Shown: positions 36,759-44,907 of the stretch, one piece after another
Numbering within the stretch: the stretch's first letter is position 1
How the letters are laid out: each line of letters starts with the position of its first letter
Sequence record: DRR723986_3513
Reading direction: 5' to 3' (one strand)
Length of the DNA stretch: 44,907 nucleotides
Notes under the pieces: model-generated
Told to the model about the DNA's origin: nothing
Databases searched by the model: none
What the model saw: the letters and a program-made list of their open reading frames with translations, nothing else
Made by a program: the position numbers and the translations under genes

Positions 36759-37229
36759 TTGGAGGCCCAAAGGCTCACGCCCGCGACGGCACAACTCGGA
36801 GGTCATCGGCAACTGCATTGGTCTCTGAGAATCTTGGCGGCAGCGTTTGTACTCGGCCTGACTACGCTACTGATCGTAGCTCGATCATTAGAGCCAGCCA
36901 GCAGTGGCTTGGGGACACACCAGCAGTTGGGACTTCCGCCGTGCAGCATCATTGAACTGTGGGGCGTTCGCTGTCCAAGCTGCGGAATGACGACCTCTTG
37001 GTCTCACTTGCTGCGTGGAAATTTTTACGCCGCAGCGTCGGCGAATCTTGCGGGCGTAATGCTAGCAGCAATCGCTCTAGCCTATATTCCATTCGGATGC
37101 TATTTCTCCATTGCCGGACGTCGGTCTGCCCGCAATTGGTTCTCCAATGCGGCGGCAATTGTCTTGGTCATCACATGCTGCATCGCACTGATCGAGTGGG
37201 GATTGCGCGTTTGGTTCTTCGAGAACTGA
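36759..37229 (+). CDS. DUF2752 domain membrane protein
   Basis: GTHQQLGLPPC...CPSCGMTTSWSHLLRG. TTG 36759 chosen to avoid a long overlap with ymdB. Confidence 0.8.
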   Translation: MEAQRLTPATAQLGGHRQLHWSLRILAAAFVLGLTTLLIVARSLEPASSGLGTHQQLGLPPCSIIELWGVRCPSCGMTTSWSHLLRGNFYAAASANLAGVMLAAIALAYIPFGCYFSIAGRRSARNWFSNAAAIVLVITCCIALIEWGLRVWFFEN

Positions 37230-37313
37230 TTGCTACGGATCCACGGCCGCCCGACAACGCATGCGAAGCATATCGAAGAAAACAGTTCGACTTGAAAGCA
37301 AGGACGCTTCATC

Positions 37314-37973
37314 GTGGCAACAATTGTGAGCCAGCAGGGTATTTCAAAGTTAGCGATCTTGGCGCTGCTCGTCGTCGGTAACTGCGGGTGCATCAGCTTG
37401 GCAGCCAACCTGCTAGGCGTCATTAATGGAAACGGTATTCCCGCAGAATACGAAGGGCTCGAGGACCAGAGGGTAGCAATCGTCTGCACTAGCACTGGTG
37501 GTTCGAAGGTTGATCCTGTCGCCACGACCCTAACGAGCTACATGCACGCCAATTTTAAGACGAATATCAAAGATATCGACTTGGTTCGAGCGTCAAAGGT
37601 TGAGAACTGGACGGCGAACAATGAACTGGATGAAGACGCCTTTATCCAGATTGGTAAGGGCGTTGACGCGGACAAAGTAGTCACGGTGGAGATCGAGAAT
37701 CTCAAGCTGAAAAATGGCCAGACGCTTTATCGCGGCCAAGCGGATATTCGAATCACTGTCTACGACATCGCTGATGGTGGCGACATTGTTTACCACAAAG
37801 AGTTGCTCGAATTCGTCTACCCAAGACTTGGCGGACCAAGTGTGACCGATACCTCTGAAACGCGGTTCCGCGGCCTGTTCCTGTCCGTGCTGGCCGACAA
37901 AATCTCTGGGCTGTTCTATGCGATGGACTCAACCCACGACGTAGCCCTCGACGCGAAAGCCACCTCGCTCTAG
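37314..37973 (+). CDS. Putative lipoprotein
   Basis: Hydrophobic stretch ending LLVVGNCGC (lipobox-like), followed by an alpha/beta body (IGKGVDADKVVTVEI). Confidence 0.7.
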   Translation: MATIVSQQGISKLAILALLVVGNCGCISLAANLLGVINGNGIPAEYEGLEDQRVAIVCTSTGGSKVDPVATTLTSYMHANFKTNIKDIDLVRASKVENWTANNELDEDAFIQIGKGVDADKVVTVEIENLKLKNGQTLYRGQADIRITVYDIADGGDIVYHKELLEFVYPRLGGPSVTDTSETRFRGLFLSVLADKISGLFYAMDSTHDVALDAKATSL

Positions 37974-38035
37974 CTGACACTTGTATTGAACGCTTTGTGT
38001 CACATGGAAGCACCCGAGCTAGCGCACCCAAACGC

Positions 38036-39787
38036 TCACGGTCCGCTTGCGATGCTTACAACCAGCATGCCCAGCAGCCCGGCCAGGATGACGTAGTAGG
38101 CGAACACCAAGAGCGTTTTTCGGATAATCAATCCTTCACGTCCCACGATACCCACGACGGCTGATGCAGTCACAACATTGTGAACGCAGATTGTATTGCC
38201 AGCAGCGCCACCAACGGCTTGCAAGGCAACAATCCACAACGGCTCCACTCCGATGCGTTGCCCGACTTCGAACTGGAACAGTGAAAACATCATGTTGCTG
38301 ACTGTGTTGCTGCCCGCAACGCTGGCTCCCAGTCCGCCGATTAACGGCGCGACAAGCGGCCAGACTCCTTGTGCCAGTCCGCTCGCGCCGCTAGCGAGAG
38401 CGGTTGGCATCGCTGCATAACCAGCCTCACCGCCGGCGGAATTAATAAACACCTGTACCATCGGTACGGTGAAAACCAGCGCCACCGACGCGGCTATAAC
38501 CGTGCGCACCGAACGCACACAAGCTCTTCCGTAGGCCCGCGCGGGTAGCTTTTGCACGAGGGCAGCAAACAGGCTTGCAATGATGAATACTGTGCCAGGC
38601 AAATAAACCGGTGCAACGGTATGCGATAAATCAGTGCCGAGTATTTCGGGCACTTTGAAACTAAAGGACTTCGTCCAAGCTACTGGAGAGAAATCAGTGA
38701 AGGGTAGTTGCGACTGCCGCGTGACAACTAGGATGCCTCCTACAACCACGTAAGGGCTCCACGCTATCCAGAGCGGCATCGTTGATGATGAGTCGGCTGA
38801 TTCAGTTTCAGCGGCAGTGAGCTGGCTTCGATTTGACTTGGCGTCGCTGGCGCGGTCCTCTCTCTCGGCGGGCGACCAATCGCTGTGCCAAGCTTCTCGC
38901 GGTGGGAACTCCCATGGTGCAACGTTACGGAGTAAGAATCCCCGCTTGGCACTTGGGATCACGATTGCCAGCCCCACGAGACCTCCGACGAGCGAGGGAA
39001 ACTCCGGCCCCAGCAATTTCGCGACGAGCACATAGGGGATGGTCATCGCAAGCGAAGCGAACAGAGCAAAGGGCCACACAGCCAGGCCGTCTTGCCAAGA
39101 GCGTCGCTGGCCGAAGAATCGCGTCATGGCGCAGACAACTGCAAGCGGTATGAGCAGGCCGCAGATGGCATGTAGCACGGCGACGCGAAAACCAACTTCG
39201 CCAAGTAGCTCAGGTTGTGAGCCAATCCCGGCTTGCTGCATGTACGATTCAACCTGTTGGCTATCGGCCAGCCCGTTCTTGACGCCAACAAGAATCGGTG
39301 TGCCGACCGCGCCAAAGGAAACTGGGGTGCTCTGAATAATCATGCCAGACACGACCGCTGCCAGTGGTGGAAATCCTAGACCGACCAACAGCGGAACGGC
39401 AACGGCCGCCGGAGTGCCGAAACCTGCACTGCCCTCAATGAACGAGCCGAAAAGCCACGCCACGATGATGACCTGAACGCGCGGATCGGCTGACACTGAA
39501 TTGAACCCGAATCGGATGCGATTTAAGGCACCGCTTTCACGCAGCGTGTTGAGTAGCAGAATGGCACCGAACACAATGTAAAGCAGTTCGATGGCAACAA
39601 TCAGACCTTTGAGGCTGGCTGCAGCAACGGTCAATCCAGGGATCTGCCAGACCATGAGTGCTAGCCCGCCGCAAACGATGTAGCAGACGGGCATCGCCCG
39701 GCTCGCGGGCACGCGCAATCCGACAAGTAGCAAGCCAACCGATGCGATGGGAAGGAGAGCGAGGATCGCCAAGGCACCGTCGGACAT
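38036..39787 (-). CDS. lctP: L-lactate permease
   Basis: [63 protein letters not shown]. Confidence 0.93.
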   Translation of the reverse strand: MSDGALAILALLPIASVGLLLVGLRVPASRAMPVCYIVCGGLALMVWQIPGLTVAAASLKGLIVAIELLYIVFGAILLLNTLRESGALNRIRFGFNSVSADPRVQVIIVAWLFGSFIEGSAGFGTPAAVAVPLLVGLGFPPLAAVVSGMIIQSTPVSFGAVGTPILVGVKNGLADSQQVESYMQQAGIGSQPELLGEVGFRVAVLHAICGLLIPLAVVCAMTRFFGQRRSWQDGLAVWPFALFASLAMTIPYVLVAKLLGPEFPSLVGGLVGLAIVIPSAKRGFLLRNVAPWEFPPREAWHSDWSPAEREDRASDAKSNRSQLTAAETESADSSSTMPLWIAWSPYVVVGGILVVTRQSQLPFTDFSPVAWTKSFSFKVPEILGTDLSHTVAPVYLPGTVFIIASLFAALVQKLPARAYGRACVRSVRTVIAASVALVFTVPMVQVFINSAGGEAGYAAMPTALASGASGLAQGVWPLVAPLIGGLGASVAGSNTVSNMMFSLFQFEVGQRIGVEPLWIVALQAVGGAAGNTICVHNVVTASAVVGIVGREGLIIRKTLLVFAYYVILAGLLGMLVVSIASGP

Positions 39788-39822
39788 GGAATGGCCTTTC
39801 GCAGAGAATACACCGTGAGTGC

Positions 39823-41280
39823 TTAGGAAGCAGGCTCGTCGGGTTTCTTGCGAACGATGGACATCATCTTTTTCATCGCTGAGAACCGAGAACCGAATCC
39901 GTCAGCATGGAATACTTGCAGCAGCAATGCAAGTAGTTCGGCATTGTTTCCGTTGACGGGATCCAGGTGTGGTTTCCAATTCCCCAGCCGCGTACAGACT
40001 GTTTTGGGGCGCGTCATTTCCTCCAATCCACCTCTGCCACGCGTTACGCCCCAGCCGCTTTGGTCGCGTCCGCCAAAGCTCACCCGTGGATCAGCCGTCG
40101 GCACGATAACATCGTTGATGACTACGCAACCAGCCTCCACTTTACTGGCCCAGTGTTCAGCAAAGCTCTTGGGGCCAAAGATGGAAATCCCGAGGCTGTA
40201 CGGGCACAGGCGATCCGCGTCGATTGCTTCGCTCATGTCCTCGACCTCAATAATCGAGATTACCGGGGCAAAGATGTCACTGCGGGCAACTTCCATGTCA
40301 GGTGAGACGTTGCCAAGTACGATGGGCTGCACCGACGTGTCGGCCTTGCCGTTGGGCAGTTTTCCGCAAAGCAGTTCCGCGCCGCCATCCAAGGCAGCAT
40401 CGACTGCACGACGCAGACGCAATGCGTTGTTGGTGTTGAGGATTGTCTTGTGGTCGCGACTGGTCAGCCGTTCAACGAGTTTTGTCTTCAGCTCACCGGA
40501 GAGAGCCCTGGGCACAAAGAGCCGGCGTGGAGCGATGCAGGTGGCTCCGCCGTTAAGCGTCATTGCATACCCAACACTGGCTACGACATCATCCAGTTTT
40601 GCCTGAGGCAGCACTAACACTGCGTCACACCCACTCAGCTCCATCGTTGCTGGCGTGAGTGTCTCGGCCAACTGCCGCAGTACGGCTCGACCAGTGTGCA
40701 CCGATCCGGTCAGGACGACTTTATCAACTCCCTGTCGCATGACCTCTTCAGCGTAGTCAATTGCTTCGGGCAGAATCTGAACGACTCCCTCCGGGACACC
40801 CGCTTCGTGCAAGACATCAAGAAACACTCGCATGCATTCTGAGCAGCCAGGGGCCGGTTTGACGAGCACCGCATTGCCAGCAGCAACGGCCTGTATCGCC
40901 TGAACGGCGGGCAGCAGCAGTGGGTAGTTGCCTGGAGCCAAAATCAGGACGATGCCCCATGGGGCAGCGTGGCATTTGACACCGACACGCCCCATCCACC
41001 AAGCACCATTCCAGAATGACGCTCTCCGGGGTGCGAGCACTTGTTTTCCGACTTTGGCGGTAAAGCGGCACGCGTCAGCCAACGGAAGAATCTCGGACGC
41101 CAGCTTGTCAGCCTCAGTGGCATGCGGGCGAGGGATTGAGGCGACGAGTTTTTCGTGGTGTTTGGCGACGAGTCGGGCTACTTTTCCAACCGCCTTTAAT
41201 CGCTGGCGGACGAGGACGTCAGCCCAGGTCAACTGAGCCGCGTTGGCAGATTCTAGAGCCTTTTCAACTTCGTCAAGCAT
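39823..41280 (-). CDS. Aldehyde dehydrogenase family protein
   Basis: [25 protein letters not shown], catalytic GATC, DIFAP, FGG...SG. Start moved to ATG 41280. Confidence 0.9.
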   Translation of the reverse strand: MLDEVEKALESANAAQLTWADVLVRQRLKAVGKVARLVAKHHEKLVASIPRPHATEADKLASEILPLADACRFTAKVGKQVLAPRRASFWNGAWWMGRVGVKCHAAPWGIVLILAPGNYPLLLPAVQAIQAVAAGNAVLVKPAPGCSECMRVFLDVLHEAGVPEGVVQILPEAIDYAEEVMRQGVDKVVLTGSVHTGRAVLRQLAETLTPATMELSGCDAVLVLPQAKLDDVVASVGYAMTLNGGATCIAPRRLFVPRALSGELKTKLVERLTSRDHKTILNTNNALRLRRAVDAALDGGAELLCGKLPNGKADTSVQPIVLGNVSPDMEVARSDIFAPVISIIEVEDMSEAIDADRLCPYSLGISIFGPKSFAEHWASKVEAGCVVINDVIVPTADPRVSFGGRDQSGWGVTRGRGGLEEMTRPKTVCTRLGNWKPHLDPVNGNNAELLALLLQVFHADGFGSRFSAMKKMMSIVRKKPDEPAS

Positions 41281-41455
41281 GAATCTGCTTCGAGGATGCG
41301 TGAGACAATTCCCGCACAGGGTATGCGGATCGTACGCATAGTCTAGCTGCATCGGCGTTTTCAGCCGAGACGGGGACAGGGCGAAAGAACATTCCGACCG
41401 CAGGGCTAAGCCTGGCCGGCGGATGGGATCCACCCGATCGGCCAGTGATTAGAGG

Positions 41456-43402
41456 CTAGGCGTCAGGCGGCTCAACTTCCAGCAACGTGGATGGTTCGCC
41501 GGTATCCGCGTCAAAGGTGCCCGCATAAAAGTCAGCCATCGTGTGCATGCCCAGAGCGGTCCGTCGGCGTGAGTCAGCGAGGGTTCGGTAGAGCAGCAAT
41601 TGCTCCTGGCCGTATTGCAGCCGAAATGCGACCGCTTCGTCAGGGCCAACCAACCGCAAATCTTCGCCAACGGTCAGCCGACGCCAAGTAAATTGATCGG
41701 TGGCGTGAGAAGGGCAAAGACTAATCGCCAGTGGCATGTACAAGCGACTGGCTCCCAACGTCGAGGACGTCGCAACTAGTTCGGTTTCAGTGGCCGTTAG
41801 CGATGCGGAGTCCAGCGTCTGACGTTTCCATTCAGGCAGATACAGGGGCAGCACCAAGCATTTTGCCGAGCCGACACCCAGCATGACTTCGGTCGTCTTC
41901 TTCGGCGCAGAAACGTTGACTGCGTCGCCAAGCGGGAGACGTGTGGAAATTTGCCATTGATCTTTCGCTGTGCACAGAAGTGAATCTGAGACCAGCAATA
42001 CACGCTGCTCGCGTAGCAAGAGCACTTGTCGTTGCACTTTCGCACGCGTGCCAAACTTCGCCTCAAGCTCCAAGTAGTCAGCGTCTTCGTCACTAAACCA
42101 GCAGACTTCTTGCCAGTCATCAAGTTGAATCTGAGCTTGTCCGTCTCGCATCACACTGATTGACCAACGCCCATCGATGATCGCCTTACCCTTTGGGCCA
42201 AGGGCTTCGATCTTGGGATCCTGTTCGGAAAAATCGATTGCGACCTGCCCGCCCTTGTGCTTCCAATCGCAGCGCATCACAGCGGTGGCCGCATCGGCGT
42301 TGTAGTCCGTCAGCGCTGGCAGTTTCGCAGGCTTCTTCTTTTTCGATTTCTTCTTTGCCACGTTCAACAATTCCTTGCGACTTTTTTCGCCGATCCCCGC
42401 GTATCCGCTGGCGAGCATTAGATCTTTGGGACGCCCCGATTGATCGCGAAGTGCGTTCCACACCGCTTGTGCTTTTGGAGCTGGTTTCTTGGCGGCTAGC
42501 AGGTGTGTGCCACCGGGCCGCGACCAACGTGCAGCGTGCTTCAAAAGGTACACCAATGCCCGAGCCTGTGGAGGGTACCACTTTCGCAAGCCAAGAGAAT
42601 TCGCCAAGACGCGACATCGCACCACGCTTGCCAGGGCGGCTCGAAGGTAGGCTGCGCCGTGCACCAACCAAGGTCCCGGCTCATCAACCGCCCGCTCCAG
42701 GTACTCGGCCAAGCTGTCCATGGCACGAGTCGCCTCGCGAATTGCAACGCGGCGAGTCGCGGTGGAAGCAACGCTCAGAAGTAAAGGCATTTCGCACTGG
42801 AGGGCCAAGTGGCACAGAACGGCCTCTTCGAGATCAGGTTTGTAGCCATGCATTCGATCCATCAAGTTCTCAAGCCAACCGGTCAACCACTCGTTACCCG
42901 GTCGCTCCGCATGGAATGGCAAGTGCCATGCGAGCGCTGAAACGCCCAGCGCTGCCGAGGCGTAGGCGTCTGAATCGTCGAGCCACTGGGTCGCAATCGC
43001 TTCGAGCGGCCTATCCATCAGCCCAACAACTTGCGAAATCTGCATGCTCTGCGTTGTCGCCTGGTTGATAACCGGCTGGCTAACGATGGCTGAGAGTTTC
43101 GTCGCGCTGACGCCGGCTCGGACGAGTACTTCCGCCTGCTCGCAAGACACGGCAGAAAAGAGAAACGTTCCCTCGAGCGTTAGGCCTCTCTTCCATTTGA
43201 GCTGGGCCAACGACTGGTCAAAGGCTTCTCCCCAAACCTGAGGCGGTTGAGCAAGGGCGGCCTTCATCTGACTGGCCAGAGTCTTTTGTCGCGGTCGCCG
43301 CTTCGGCTTGGCATCCGAGGCTGGTTCAGGCGCATCGAACTGCCCAGTCTGATGCTTTGGGTCGATCCAATCCATCCGTACACTCCGTCTCCAACGCTTC
43401 AA
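41456..43402 (-). CDS. Conserved planctomycete hypothetical protein (helical N-terminal half, beta-rich heparinase II/III-like C-terminal half)
   Basis: Long, plausible ORF. C-terminal WQEVCWFSDEDADYLELE...RQVLLLR...LLVSD pattern. The domain call is tentative. Confidence 0.6.
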   Translation of the reverse strand: MKRWRRSVRMDWIDPKHQTGQFDAPEPASDAKPKRRPRQKTLASQMKAALAQPPQVWGEAFDQSLAQLKWKRGLTLEGTFLFSAVSCEQAEVLVRAGVSATKLSAIVSQPVINQATTQSMQISQVVGLMDRPLEAIATQWLDDSDAYASAALGVSALAWHLPFHAERPGNEWLTGWLENLMDRMHGYKPDLEEAVLCHLALQCEMPLLLSVASTATRRVAIREATRAMDSLAEYLERAVDEPGPWLVHGAAYLRAALASVVRCRVLANSLGLRKWYPPQARALVYLLKHAARWSRPGGTHLLAAKKPAPKAQAVWNALRDQSGRPKDLMLASGYAGIGEKSRKELLNVAKKKSKKKKPAKLPALTDYNADAATAVMRCDWKHKGGQVAIDFSEQDPKIEALGPKGKAIIDGRWSISVMRDGQAQIQLDDWQEVCWFSDEDADYLELEAKFGTRAKVQRQVLLLREQRVLLVSDSLLCTAKDQWQISTRLPLGDAVNVSAPKKTTEVMLGVGSAKCLVLPLYLPEWKRQTLDSASLTATETELVATSSTLGASRLYMPLAISLCPSHATDQFTWRRLTVGEDLRLVGPDEAVAFRLQYGQEQLLLYRTLADSRRRTALGMHTMADFYAGTFDADTGEPSTLLEVEPPDA

Positions 43403-43920
43403 ACGCCAGCAGCATCCCGTCGCTGGGACATACTGGCGGCATCAGCGCGTAGTCAGTTCCGATCAGTCATCTTCAAACGAGCGGCACAGGCCATACGGAC
43501 CACGAACCTTCCGGCATTGTGCCAGCGGTCAAATGAAGATTCCCTTAGCCACCTTGGTCGGCGTCATGCTACGACCAGAGTGGTTCCCGTGTGGTTACTA
43601 CGCAAGTAGACGCGGCTACTTTTGCAGTCTGCCGGGCAACCCAACGACTTCGCCGCATAGACTGTCGCTGGAAAGCGAACTTGGCAGACGCGACGAAAAA
43701 CTCTCCAATCGTGTCACCAATTTAGCTATACTGCTTGGCTTGTTGGGATGCCGTCGCTGATGGTAATCAAGCAGTGTGAAAATTCCGAGTCTTTCCAGCT
43801 CAAAAAGTGCGTGGTTGCCGAAAAACTCCCTGCGAGTTGCAAACCAAGACCTTGCGGAAAGTCATCGTGCGCGTCCCGGTGAAAGTTCCAGTGAAAACCT
43901 ACTCAGAAACGACCTCCATA

Positions 43921-44847
43921 ATGTCCAATCGCCTCCTGCCCATTCTGCTCGTAGCTTTCGCTTGCTTGGTGTGCAGCCCTCGCCGAGTTCTCGCGCAGTG
44001 GGAAGGTGCACAGAATCAAAAACTGCTCAAGAAGATTGAGCAGACGTTTGGCGAGCCGAAGGGGGCTGTACGCTTGGACCCTGACAATCGCGTCTGGGCT
44101 GACAAGAAAAAGAAGCGCGTCATCGTTGATGGTTTTGTTGCACTCCGCGAAGGGCCGCTTGAGATGCTGGCCTGCATCGTTGGGACGAAAGAGCACGAGT
44201 CCGTCGTGGCGGTCTACAGCAAGGCCTTCCTAATACACGCCGGTCTGCTGGCCATTGGGGCCGAAAAAGGCAAGCCCGTCCAGTGGCGGCCGGAGTACCA
44301 ACCACCGACGGGTAGCGAAATCCGCGTGATCGCGCTTTGGAAGGACGAAGACGGCAAGAAGCACGCAATGGACGCACGGAAATGGGTCCGCGAATCCCGA
44401 CGCGATGGCAAGGCGCTCGACGTCAACTGGGTGTTCGCCGGCAGTATTCTCTACAAAGATCCCGAGACGGGCAAAGAGAGCTACGAAGCTGAGCAAGGTG
44501 ATTTGATTTGCGTAGCGAATTTTTCGACGGCCACGTTGGATATTCCCCTTCGCAGTTTGAAAGCAAATTCGCTGCTCGAGTACGGCACCTTCACTGAGAA
44601 TATTCCGCCGTCGGGTACCCCAGTGAGACTTGTTCTCGAGGTTCAGGAGAGCGCAAAGGATGCCGGCAAAGAAAAGGACGAAACTGCCGAGGCTGGCTCT
44701 GAAAAGCCCGAGGCTTCAATGGCAAAGCGCAATGATTTCTCGTTAGCGAGTTACGAGAAGCTGCTCGATCCTCCAGCGAGCGCCAAAGAAGAAAAGGAAG
44801 CACTTCGAACTGCCGATGCAACCGGCGACGAATCGGATCGTAATTAA
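43921..44847 (+). CDS. Secreted YdjY-domain protein
   Basis: Signal peptide from ATG 43921; LEMLAC...KEHES...IHAGLLAIG...WVFAGS...GDLICVANF. Confidence 0.75.
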   Translation: MSNRLLPILLVAFACLVCSPRRVLAQWEGAQNQKLLKKIEQTFGEPKGAVRLDPDNRVWADKKKKRVIVDGFVALREGPLEMLACIVGTKEHESVVAVYSKAFLIHAGLLAIGAEKGKPVQWRPEYQPPTGSEIRVIALWKDEDGKKHAMDARKWVRESRRDGKALDVNWVFAGSILYKDPETGKESYEAEQGDLICVANFSTATLDIPLRSLKANSLLEYGTFTENIPPSGTPVRLVLEVQESAKDAGKEKDETAEAGSEKPEASMAKRNDFSLASYEKLLDPPASAKEEKEALRTADATGDESDRN

Positions 44848-44892
44848 CGAACCTGGATAGACGCGGCTGCCTGCAGCTTGGAACACAGGAAG

Positions 44893-44907
44893 TTGCAGGC
44901 AAGCTGC
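44893..44907 (-). repeat. Partial copy of the GTAG-type REP at the window edge
   Basis: TTGCAGGCAAGCTGC is identical to 26581-26595 and forms an imperfect hairpin with 44863-44879. Confidence 0.6.

Noticed and set aside
42193-43068. 291-aa plus-strand ORF
   Set aside because: Arg/Pro/Ser-rich antisense shadow of the 41456-43402 gene.

Overview
Chromosomal window from a planctomycete, most likely Pirellulaceae (PSCyt/PSD1 protein, TIGR02999 ECF sigma, PVC heme protein, PV-type microcompartment). No transposase, integrase, rRNA, tRNA or CRISPR was seen. Left to right: (1) the upstream part of the PV-type bacterial microcompartment operon on the minus strand (DeoR, PduL, 2x BMC-H, acetate kinase, BMC-P, and an aldehyde dehydrogenase missing from the ORF track). 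(2) A Mn/Zn/Fe ABC operon with no binding protein, in which both permeases carry C-terminal DtxR/MntR domains, behind a perfect 16-bp MntR-like palindrome. (3) A Ser/Thr kinase fused to a catalytically eroded Hsp70 domain, divergent from an exosortase-U-like protein apparently lacking its catalytic Cys/Arg and a membrane TPR protein with a Ser/Lys/Arg-rich tail, then an ExeA-like ATPase. (4) PSCyt/PSD1 cytochrome protein, GDSL-DUF1080 fusion, MacAB-like pair and ECF sigma. (5) GTAG-type REP elements around a 24-bp tandem repeat. (6) PVC heme protein and PPi-dependent PEP carboxykinase. (7) A ~1 kb non-coding region with a sigma70 promoter, an unassigned structured element and a probable 6S RNA ahead of rny-ymdB. 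(8) Lactate permease, aldehyde dehydrogenase, a hypothetical protein and a YdjY-domain protein. The best candidates for new biology are the double DtxR-permease fusion with its operator, the kinase/pseudo-Hsp70/pseudo-exosortase/TPR cluster, and the structured RNA region upstream of rny. All family assignments come from recognising motifs by eye; no database searches were run.
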